Origin: Mobula hypostoma
Taxonomy: Eukaryota
Assembly: GCF_963921235.1 (NCBI RefSeq)
Contig: NC_086097.1
Location: forward strand, 172,362,001-172,426,000
DNA length: 64,000 bases
Direction: 5' to 3'
The notes beneath the pieces are model-generated. The model worked only from the letters and a program-made list of their open reading frames with translations. It was not told the DNA's origin and searched no databases. This document shows positions 12,054 to 22,709 of the stretch, one piece after another; position 1 is the stretch's first letter, and every line of letters starts with the position of its first letter. Position numbers and translations under genes: made by a program.

Positions 12054-14195
12054 CACTGCCCTCCACTCTCTCCGCACTAATCCAAACCTCACCATCAAGC
12101 CTGCTGACAAAGGTGGTGCCGTAGTAGTCTGGCGGACGGACCTGTACCTTACTGAGGCCAAACAGCAGCTCTCTGACACCTCCTCTTACTTACCCCTGGA
12201 ACAGGACCCCACCAAAAAACATCAAACCATTGTCTCCAGCACAATCACCGCCCTTATCAAATCCGGAGACCTTCCATCCTCAGCCAATAAACTCATAATT
12301 CCCACACCCCGTACCGCTCGGTTTTACCTCCTCCCAAAGATACACAAGCCTGACTGTCCCAGTAGACCCATAGTTTCTGCCTGCTCCTGTCCAACCAAAC
12401 TTGTATCTCCTACCTGGACTCCATTTTGTCACCCATAGTTCAGTCCCTCCCCACCTACATCCGCGATACATCCCATGCCCTCCATCTCTTCAATAACTTC
12501 CAGTTCCCCGGTCCCAACCGCTTCATTTTTACTATGGATGTCCAATCCTTATACACCTCCATTCCCCATCAAGAAGGCCTCAAAGCCCTCTGCTACTTCC
12601 TGGATAATAGACCTCACCAGTTCCCCACCACCACTACCCTCCTCCGGTTGGCGGAACTGGTTCTCACACTTAATAACTTCTCTTTTGGCTCTTCCCACTT
12701 TCTTCAGACTAACGGTGTAGCTATGGGAACTCGCATGGGACCCAGCTACGCCTGCCTCTTCGTTGGTTATGTGGAACAGTCTGTGCTCCAAACCTATTCT
12801 AGTACTGCTCCCCAACTTTTCCTTTGATACATTGACGACTACATTGGTGCTGCTTCCTGCACCCATGCTGAACTCGTCAATTTCATCAACTTTACTTCAA
12901 ACTTCCACCCAGCCCTCAAATTCACTTGGTCTATCTCGGACACTTCTCTCCCCTTTCTCGATATCCTGGTCTCCATCTCTGGAGACAGACTGTCCACTGA
13001 CATCTTCTACAAGCCCAGTGACTCTCATAACTACCTCAACTATACCTCTTCCCACCCCGCCTCATACAAAAATGACATTCCCTATTCCCAGTTCCTCCGT
13101 CTCCGCCGCATCTGCTCCCAGGATGAGGCTTTCCGTTCCAGGACATCTCAAATGTCCTCTTTCTTTAAGGATCGTGGTTTCCCTTCTACGGTGATCAATG
13201 ATGCTCTCACCCGCATCTCCTCCATTTCCCGCACTTCGGCCCTCACCCCATCTTCCCGCCACCACAACAGGGACAGAGTTCCCCTTGTCCTCACCTACCA
13301 CCCCACCAGCCTCCGGATCCAGCACATTATCCTCTGCAACTTCCACCACCTTCAACAGGACCCCACCATTAAGCACATCTTTCCCTCTCCACCCCCCTCT
13401 GCCTTCTGCAGGGATCGATCCTCCGCGACTCACTTGTCCGCACATTCATCCCCACGGATCTCCCACCTGGCACTTATCCCTGTAAGCTTAAGTGCTACAA
13501 CTGTCCCTACACCTCCTCTCTTGCCACCATTCAGGGCCCCAAACGGTCCTTCCAGGTGAGGCAACACTTCACTTGCGAATCTGTTGGGGTCATCTATTGC
13601 ATCCGGTGCTCCCGGTGCGGCCTCCTCTACATTGATGAAACCTAACGCAGATTGGGGGACCGTTTCGTCGAGCACCTCCACTCCGTCCGCCACAACAGGC
13701 AGGATCTCCCGGTTGCCACCCACTTCAACTCTGCTTCCCATTCCCATTCAGATATGTCCATACATGGCCTCCTCTACTGCCATGATGAGGCTAAACTCAG
13801 GTTGGAGGAGCAACACCTCATATACCATCTAGGTAGTCACCAGCCCCTTGGTATGAACATAGAATTCTCCAACTTCCGGTAATTCCCTCCCCCTCCCCTC
13901 CTCTATCCCTATCTCGCATCACCTCCCTCATAGTTCCATCTCCTTCCACTATTCTTCTCCTATCAATTACCTCCCTGCTTCCCATCCCCCACCCCTTTGT
14001 CTTAAAAATTACTGTTTTTTTCAACTACCAGCATTCTTCAATCCCTCCCCAAAGTTCTTCCTTCAGTCCTGACGAAGGGTTTCGGCCTGAAACATCGACT
14101 AATCTTTTCAACTGATGCTGACTGACCTGCTGAGTTCCTCCAGCGCATTGTGAGTGTTCCTTTGACAACAGCATCTGCAGATTATTTTGTGTTTA
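12054..14195 (+). mobile_element. Penelope-like element (Neptune-type), 5'-truncated, disrupted RT + GIY-YIG
   Basis: KPADKGGAVVV, FYLLPKIHK, FTMDVQSLYTSIP, GVAMGTRMGPSYA, FL*YIDD, GVIYCIRCSRCGLLYIDET, RFVEH; TSD CCATCG at 12048-12053 and 14196-14201. Confidence 0.93.
14065..14100 (+). ncRNA. Minimal type-I hammerhead ribozyme in the PLE 3' terminus (two substitutions versus copy 2)
   Basis: AGTC-CTGACGA-AGGGTTTCGGCCT-GAAA-CATC-GACT; CUGAnGA and GAAA cores and stem I AGTC/GACT are present, but the stem III palindrome ACGT is mutated to ACAT. Confidence 0.75.
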
Positions 14196-14773
14196 CCATC
14201 GTAGTGTCTGTCGAGACTTGAACCCAGGGCATAGCTACACTTCGTTATCTGCGTTCTGCCTTGCCTGAGAATCTGTGCTGTCGAGGAACTGACTCTGAAG
14301 AGTAGCGGTATTCGTTTTATTCTTAGTTGTTCTTTTCAGCCACAGTGTGGGCTTTGTTTTCCATTTGAGTGTTTTAGTCAGCGGTTCTGTTTGGCCTAGC
14401 GTTTATTGTTTTCTTTTCCCTATAATGTGGTTCACATTAAAGTCTGTGAAATATCAATCTGCTTCAGTGTCTATCACTCTGCACTTGGGCCATGTCCAAA
14501 CCTGGTGACACTGGGAAGTGATGGGAGTAAGATGTGAAGGGCTGAAGATGGAAGAATCTAATAGGAGAGAACGATGGACCAGGGAAGAAAGAGAAAGAAG
14601 GGAAACAGATGAAGGTGATGGGCAGGTGAGGAGAGAGAAAGGATGAGAGGGAAACCAGAATAGGGAATGGGAAAAAAGTGAAGGAAGAATAAAAAACGGA
14701 TGGAATGATATGCTTGTAGCTATCAATTTTCAATGGCAGGATGACAGGGATTATGATATGGCTACAGGGTTGA

Positions 14774-14980
14774 TGTTGTTGTTCCTTTCCATGCCTCGTG
14801 GAGGATCAGGCATCAGCCTTTCTGTTTCTTTAGCACTTGCCTGTTTTTTTATGATGCCAAGTTGCCAGCTCGACGCTCGATCCAGCACAGATGGAAAGTG
14901 TGCAAGGAGCCGGCCGAATTCAAAGCCAGGACCCCTCACAGCAAGGTGCAGTGTGGATGCCACTACACCACTGGTCGGCT
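14774..14980 (-). mobile_element. tRNA-derived SINE with (AAC)n tail
   Basis: Minus strand TGGTGTAGTGG A box, TTTGAATTC B-box-like, ends GGAAAGGAACAACAACA; second copy at 16980-17179. Confidence 0.7.
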
Positions 14981-15649
14981 AGTTCACAGGAGATCTCTGC
15001 ACAAACATACAAGTCCTTACATTTTCAAAAATCAGAAGCATTATGGACTTCATTAACCAGTTTTATCTGGCCCTTTCATGCTGCTTTGTCTAATGTTGTT
15101 CCGATTTCATGCAGTAACTCCCACTTCACCTCTGGAATCCAGCTCCTTGATCCAGTCTAGTTCCATCACTTTTATTAAGAATGGTAAAATCAGCACTGGA
15201 CTTGTCTCTATGCTGATGGGTGGCATTAGGCAGGCAGACTCATAATCCTTTATTTTATTTCATATCATTATGGACATTTTATTACATAGCTTAGAGATAG
15301 TTTGGATTTTACCTCAGGACAGAGAATTCTTTCTGTACTGCCCTGTCCTCTGCTGATGATATGAACCCTGTGAGTATTTTTTATAAGAACATTAATAAAA
15401 ACTTCAGGGTGTTAGAGAATTTTTGTAGAAAGCCAGTTCTTTGAGGCTAACCTTGAAAAAGACTGCTGTTTTTTGATATGACTTTAATCCTTGGATTGAG
15501 TGTTTGGCTTGTGGATGGAGGAATAAATTCAAGGATAAAGAAGGCCACTGGGCATGCTGGCTTTTAACATAGAACATAGAAATCTACAGCACATTACAGG
15601 CCCTTCAGCCCACAATGTTGCGCCGACCATGTAACCTACTCTAGAAACT

Positions 15650-16100
15650 GCTAAGTGCAGAGAAGATTTACAAGGATGCTGTCAGGATTTGAGGGACTGT
15701 GTTAAAGGGAGAGGTTGGATGGGCTGGAACTTGATTCCTTGGAGCGTCAGAGAATGAGAGATGATTTTGTAGAGGGTATATAAAGTCATGAGGGGCATAA
15801 ATAGGGTGAACGTACAAAGCCTTTTTCCCAAGGTTATGGAATCAAGAATTAGGTGGCTTAGGCTTAAGGTGAGAAAGAAAGAATTTGAGAGACAACAAAT
15901 ATTTTTAAACAAAGGATAGTATCTATGTGGAATGAGCTGCCAGAAGAAGTGATTGAGACAGGTACAATAATTACTTTTAAAAGACACTTGGACACGTACA
16001 TGGATTGGAAAAGTAGAAGGTTATTGACAAAACACAGGCAAATGGGACTCACTTAGATGGGACATCTTGGTCGGCAGGGACTGTATAAATGCTGTGTAAA
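15650..16100 (+). mobile_element. Old CR1 3' fragment
   Basis: VQRRFTRML, YKVMRGINRV, WNELPEEV motifs. Confidence 0.75.
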
Positions 16101-16884
16101 TCTTTGGGGTAAAGGTCAGATGAAAATATGAAACAGGACAGAAAATCACTCAGCAGGCCAGGCAGCATCCATGGGAAGATAAAGGGTTAATATTTCAGCT
16201 CGAACTAAGGGTTTTAAATCTGAAAGCTAAAGCATCCATAATTAGACACATCACTTTATGTACAGAATCACAAGCCCTACTCTTGTAATCAGGCCCTCTA
16301 TTAATAATATCCACAGCAACAATAACAACTGTTCCATCAGCTGGATGCACTTAAGTGTTAGTCTTCAGTGACTTGTTTACTTGCAGACCCACACCTTAAA
16401 GGCTGCAAACATTCAAGAAGGCAGTTTAACACCACAGGCGAAGGGGAGACCTGATAGTAGTATTTAAAATTATGAGAGGTTTAGATAGAGTGGACAGGCA
16501 CCATTATTTTCACAGGGAAGAAATGTTGAAAACTAGAGGGTATAGCTTTAAGGTGAGAAGGGCAAAGGAGATATTGGGACAAGTATTTTACACAGAGTGG
16601 TAGGTGCCCAGAATGGGCTGCCAGGGGTGGTGATGGAGGCGGATACAATAGTGATTTTAAGAGATATTTGAACAGGCACATTAGTATGCAGGGAATGTTG
16701 AGATATGGATCGTAGAAAGGCAGAAAGAATTCATTTCATATGGCATCACGATCAATTCATACATTGTGGGCCGAAAGACCTGTTCTTGAGCTATGCTCCA
16801 TATTCAATGTTTCCCAATTTCTCACCACTTTAAAAGAACACATTTAAAGTGTTGTTTTCTTTTATCAAAGTGGATGACTTCATC

Positions 16885-16978
16885 TTTTCTGACGTAAGGT
16901 CTTTGACCTGAAACACTAACTGCGCTCCTCTCTTCACAGCTATTGCCTGACCTGCTGAATGTTTCCAACATTTTCTGG
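16885..16978 (+). mobile_element. PLE-derived terminal fragment with decayed hammerhead
   Basis: CTGACGT-A-AGGTC-TTT-GACCT-GAAA then TGCCTGACCTGCTGAATGTTTCCAAC, matching the PLE 3' terminus. Confidence 0.6.
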
Positions 16979-16979
16979 G

Positions 16980-17179
16980 GTGTTGTTCCTTTCTGCATCT
17001 TGTGCCGCATTCGGTGGCAACCCTGCTGTTCCCTTAGCATTTTTGTTTGCTTTTTACGAGGCTGAGTTGCTAGCTCGACAGTCAACCCAGCACAGATGGA
17101 AAGTGTGCAAGGAACCGCAGATTCGAACCTGAGACGACTCACCTCAGAGTCTGGTATGGATTCCGCTACACCACTGGCC
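16980..17179 (-). mobile_element. tRNA-derived SINE, same family as 14774-14980
   Basis: Shares CCAGCACAGATGGAAAGTGTGCAAGGA; minus strand has A box TGGTGTAGCGG and B box GGTTCGAATC. Confidence 0.7.
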
Positions 17180-18177
17180 AAATATTGTTTTTTCTGGGGT
17201 GTAATTTCTTTATATCTACTGACCAAATGCAGTGCTTCACTGCATATGAATCAGTAGCCAGTCAACTAATGATATTTTTGTGGAGATAGTGGGAGAGTGC
17301 ACATGCCAGAACAGAAAGTACATGTTCTCAGTAATCAGTCCCTACTGCTAGCAGTTGCTCCAACAATTCTTATGTAATTAACCTTAGAGCACCATTATCT
17401 TCACTGCAGCTCATGTACCTATGAAGTCTTACTGATGACAGTAAGCACAGATGTACTCTTCATTGGGAGGGCAAACGTCGGTGCTCACTGTGATTGCCAT
17501 GTTTTTGAGTTATGGGCCTCTCAGCCGACTGGAAGACTGTTAACTTATCACTGCCTTTAGGAAAGGCTGACTGTCCTTTTTAATGATTAATGAGGATGTT
17601 TGAATGCATTATTGGGGAAGCAAGTAAGTAAATAGTCAATAGTGGAAAGCATACAGGTATTGAGAGAGAATTCTTTGACACATCAATCAATTAGAAAACT
17701 ACTGTACTTCTCGTGCTCTCAAAGCAGTGAGAAGCAAAAGTGATGGATAGATGTGTCCTGACATATTTCATCGATGCTCCCACATTGTTGCTATCAATAA
17801 TATGGCAAAAATGTGAAACAACTTTTCCATTCAGTGAAGATGTCCTCACGAGTGAACTCCAGGAGGTATCCAAAGTGAGATTACTTGCAAGGCATAACAA
17901 ACATAAGAGACGGGTGTAGGAAAGGGAGCCTGTTCCAATATTTAGTGAGATCGTGCCTGATCTTTTCCCTCGGAACTAATGAAAATATAGTTCACAAAGA
18001 TAAAAATAAGGCCACTCATTCCATAGTGAACACTATGGTACCACATTAATCATATTTTTGGATTAGTAATCCAAACATAAAGTCACAAAGTTGTAAATCA
18101 GTTTGTTATTGTCATTTGTACAGAAGTACAGCAATAAAACTTGGTTTTGCATACCTCCATACAGATCATTTCATTAT

Positions 18178-18500
18178 ATAAGACAATAAGACATGAGATC
18201 AGAATTCAGATTATTTGGCCCAAGAGGTCTGCTGCACCATTTCTTATGGCTGATTTATTATCCCTCTCAAACCCATTCTCCAGTCTTCCCCCTATAACCT
18301 TTGACATCCTGACCAATCAAGAGCCCATCAACCTCCACCTTAAATATATCCAATGATCTGACTCCACAGTTGTCTTTGGCAATGAATTCCACCAACCTCT
18401 GGCTAAAGAAATTCTTTAGTTCTCTGTTCTCTGTTCTAAATGGGTGTCCCTCTATTCTGAGCCATTGGACCTGTGAAGGAGCAGCTTCAACCCTGTCCAC
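18178..18500 (-). mobile_element. Old CR1 3' end
   Basis: LRIEGHPFRTE, FFSQRLVEF, FKVEVDGLL; (TCTTATNG)-type tail at ~18178-18197. Confidence 0.75.
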
Positions 18501-18614
18501 CCTTTACTACTGCAGTTTAAAAGTAGTTGCTTAAATAAATCTTGATGAAATCATTGCTAACGGTGATAGTGACCATGAAGCTGTCAGAAACACCTACTTT
18601 TCAGCACTTCTTTC

Positions 18615-19280
18615 AGCATGGACTTTAGGAAGGGTGGTGAGGAGAACACACATCAATTGTTGAGGTGTTAGGGGTGGAAAGAGTGAACAGCTTCAAGTTC
18701 TTGAACATCGACATCTTTAAGGATTTAACCTGGGCTCAGCACATTTATGCAATTATGAAGAAGGCGCCGCAGTGTCTATACTTCATTAGGAATTTGAGGA
18801 GATTTGGTATGTCACCAAAGATACTAGCGATTTCCTACAGATGGTCAGTGGAGAGCATTCTGAGTGGTTGCACTACAACCTGGTCTGGAGGATGCAATGT
18901 GCAGCATCACAAGAGGCTGCAATGGGTTGTGAGCTCAGCCACCTTCGTCTTGGGCACAAGCCTCCCCACCATCGAGGATGTCTTCAAAAGGCAATGTCCC
19001 GAAAAGGGCCCTCACCATCTGGAACATGCCCTCTTCTCATTACTACTATTAGAGTGGACCCAGGGCCTAAAGGCCCACACTGATCAGTTTAGGAACTGAG
19101 TCTTCCCTTCTAACATGAGACTTCTGAATGGTCTATGAACCCATGAGCACCACTTCACTTTTCCTCTTTTGCACTAAGTATTTATTTATTCATAACTTTT
19201 ATGTCTTCCACTATCCTACTACCAAAAAACCACAAATTTCAGGACATATTCTATTGATAATAAAACTGATTCGAATTCTG
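18615..19280 (+). mobile_element. Rex1/Babar-type LINE 3' fragment
   Basis: ORF 18665..19099 VERVNSFKFL, KKAPQCLYFIRNLRRFG, YRWSVESILSGC; GATAATAAAACTGATTC tail. Confidence 0.8.
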
Positions 19281-19576
19281 TACTTCATGAAGGAAACTTT
19301 GCAGGTTTTGCCCTGTCTGTGGGGTGTATTACTCCTCGTACACAGCTCCATTTCTAAATCCAAGATGCTGTCTGTAAAACTTGAACTTAAAGGGCAATTA
19401 GAAAGAGGCAATAAATGCTGGCCTAAACTAGTAATGGACACAGTTCATGAATGCATCATAAACAGTGATCCCTGACTTGGCATGATGTAATAGCAGTTTT
19501 AAATAAAATTAGAAAGATGACCTGTGTTGTTCACTCAGAGATGAATCTGACAAAACACGTTCACATCAAAGACTGA

Positions 19577-20443
19577 TGTAATGCACTGTAAGGTTTCACT
19601 GCTAATATAATGGTTTTTTTGTAATGTTCACTGCTGAAGTAACATTTCCCTGTAGCGGCAATGTCTGGGTTACTTTACTTCACTTTACCGTCGCCAAACA
19701 ATTGATACTAGTGCGTACAATCATCACAGCGATATCTGATTCTGCGCTTTGCGCTCCGTGGAGTACAAATTGATAGTAAATACTAAAAATTTAAATTATA
19801 AATCATAAATAGAAAATAGAAAAGGGAAAGTAAGGTAGTGCAAAAAAACCGAGAGGCAGGTCTAGATATTTGGAGGGTACCACCCAGATACGGGTCAGGA
19901 TCCGTGTTATGGCTGGAGATAACAGGACTGTGGATGCATGTTAGCCAATCAGGATTTTATTGCCCTGTCTGGTGGATCTGGAAGCAGTTGATTTCGCGGG
20001 CTTTTGCCAGAGATGGGGGGGGGGGGTGCGCGGAGAGAGAGAGAGAGAGAGAGGGATGACGAGAGAAGACACGAACGGAGAGATTTGGTAGACCGCCGGA
20101 TGGGCTGGACTCGAGCAAGGGTCTGAAGGGCAGCGACAATCGGAGGAGGTAGATGGGGATCGATTGGCCTACGTGTGAGCTCCAACTTTGTGCGCAGACT
20201 GTTTACTAAAATATGGGCCTTTTTTTAATATATATTTCATTTCTCAACTAACCATATAGTCAAAGTAAGAGTTATAAAGCTTAATTGTTTAATCGCATAT
20301 TGTGTGCTGTTTGTTATTTCGGGGTACTGATTTGTAACAAGGGACACATTGTGCAGCATCCACCCAAAAGAGATTTCTTAAGTTTGGCCGGGCAGGGAGT
20401 TATCACCCCCCATATTAAGCTGCTAGGTGAAGCGAGTGTTACG
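19577..20443 (+). mobile_element. Solo LTR (ERV-like, 4-bp TSD) containing a Rex 3'-end insertion at ~19670-19903
   Basis: TGTAA...TTACG termini (CA end mutated); TSD CTGA at 19573-19576 and 20444-20447; CCAATCAG box near 19945; (GA)n at ~20033-20053. Confidence 0.65.
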
Positions 20444-21289
20444 CTGAAATACAAAAACTGTTAAACTTGACCATTTGGAAAACTCACTTGGAAACTTGAC
20501 TGAGCTCAAAAGAGGTTGTCACTGTTTCAGACAGCGAGCATGCTAAAACCATGCTTTCCAGCAGTGACAGAGGGTGAGATTAAAGTGAAGACATCTGCCC
20601 TGCTGGCTTTGGAGAGAATGAATTGAAAACAGTCACAGAGGGAGACTAACAGGAAGCTGATTTGATGAATATGAAAAATATGCAACCTGATATTTTAAAA
20701 TTGAAGTCGACCCAATACAGAGAAAATGTAAGATCATTGGAATTGTTTCATTACTATCACATGCAGCAAGATACAGTGAAAAGCTTGCCTTGCATTCTGT
20801 TCATACAGAATTTAGATCATTGCACAGTGCAGTGAGGTAGGACAAAGTAAAACAATAACAGAGTGCAGAATAAAGTGTAAGAGATACAGGAAAAATGTAG
20901 TGCAGGAAGACAATAAAGTGTAAGATCATAATGAAGTAGACATCAAAGGTCCATCTTATTGTACTGGAGGATGATTCAATAGTCTTATAACAGTTCTACT
21001 TGCAGCTGGTTGCACGTGCTTTCTGGCTTTTCTGTTTTCTGCCAGAGGGAAGAGGGAGAAGAGGGAATGACCAGAGTTGGTGGGCCTGCTGATTTTCCTT
21101 TGCTGCTTTACTGTGACAGTGGACTGTGTATACGGTTCATGGACAGGAGGATGGTTTCCAAGAGGTGCTGAGCTGTATCCACAACTCTCTGTAGTTTCTT
21201 GTGGTCACAGAGAGATCATCAGTAAAGAATTAACCTCATGGATTTCCAAAGCAGAATAGTTATTTGAATTATGTTACTGATGTAGCTCT

Positions 21290-21620
21290 CCTCATGGAGT
21301 CAACATGGAAGCAGGCACTTTATCCCACCAAGTCTATACTGGCTGCCAAATATCAATCTATACCAAAACTAAATTCATCCTTTTTTTTTTGTTTTCCTTA
21401 CATTCTTGACCACTCCCCTCAATTCTATCTGAATGCTAGAGGCGTTTTACAGTGCTCAATTAACCTATCAACCCACACATCTTGCGCAGGGATGTGGGAG
21501 GAAACTGGAGCACCTGGAGGAAAGCATTATGGTCCCTGGGGGAAATTTTAAATTCCAAACAGACAGCACGCAGGTTTAAAAAGGAGCCTGCGTCCCTGAA
21601 GCCATGAGGAAACTGCACTA
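21290..21620 (-). mobile_element. V-SINE (degenerate)
   Basis: Plus strand GGATGTGGGAGGAAACTGGAGCACCTGGAGGAAAGC is the reverse complement of the V-domain. Confidence 0.7.
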
Positions 21621-22709
21621 ATATTCCACTTATTTCTCCTAACTGCTCCAGGGTCTTTATCTCCTTTCATCTTGATTCTTTGCATTCCTCCTTTCTGTGC
21701 TCCACTGCCTTCTCAAAGGTTTCTGCCAACTATTCTGCTGCCAGCTCCCCAAAATCAGTGCTTCATGGTTTTTCTCCTCTTGCCTGGATGAGTTCTCGTA
21801 TAACTACACTTGAAGCTTTCTGGATCAAGGCTTGATTAGACCTCTGATGTAACTATTCATTCCCTCTACCACTGGTGCAGTGTGCACCATCAGTGTGTAT
21901 GTTGCCATTATAATTTCGGTTTCTCCAACAGCAATTCCCTAACCTGTGATCTCAATTATTCAAAAAGACCAGAGCAGCTGCTGATTGGGAAGTGCTCTAG
22001 TGGTTCTTCTTCAAATCATACACCATCCAGACCTGAAGAATTATCATCATTCCTTCATTATAACTGGATCTAAATCCTGGAACGTTCTCCCTCATCTGAA
22101 TGACATTTAGATAAGCACATGGATATGAGGGTTTTAGAGCAAGAAAGGGAGTAGACAAGGTGCCACACATGAGGCTGCTTGCCAAGTAAAGAGCCCATGG
22201 TATTACAGGAAAGTTACTGGCATGGTTAGAGCATTGGCTGATTGGAAGGAGGCAGCAAGTGGGAATAAAAGGATCCTTGTCTGGTTGGCTGCCAGTGACT
22301 AGTGGTTTTCCACAGGGGTCGGTGTTGGGAACATTTCTTTATATGCTGTATATAGATGATTTTGATGATGGAATAGATAGCTTTTTGCCAAGTTTTCAGG
22401 TGGTATAAAGGTTGGTGGAGGGGCAGGTAGTGTTGAGGAAACAAGTAGGATGCAGAAGGACTTAGACAGATTAGAAGAATGGACAAGAAAGTGGCAAATG
22501 AAATATAATGTTGGAAAATGCATGGTCATGCACTTAGTCGTAGATATAAATGTACGGACTATTTTCTAAACAGGGAGAAAATACAGGAATCTGAGTTGCA
22601 GAGGGACTTGGGAGTCCTTGTGCAGAACACCCTGAAGGTTAACTTGCAGGTTGAGTCGGTGGTGAGGAAGGCAAATGACATGTTAGCATTCATATCAAGA
22701 GGTCTAGAA

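Larger units (their letters stand above)
11926..14510 (+). mobile_element. Solo LTR (same family as 34375-34796) interrupted by a PLE
   Basis: TGTCAC...GTGACA termini; TSD CTGGG at 11921-11925 and 14511-14515; the flanking halves align to the reverse complement of 34375-34796. Confidence 0.9.
11670..14705 (-). mobile_element. Non-coding Penelope-derived 3'-terminal element (decayed hammerhead), split by an LTR
   Basis: Minus 11757-11792 reads AGTC-CTGTTGA-AGGATCTCGGCCC-AAAA-GGTT-GACT followed by CTGCTGAATTCCTCCAG; the purine-rich plus strand rejoins across the CTGGG TSD. Confidence 0.7.
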
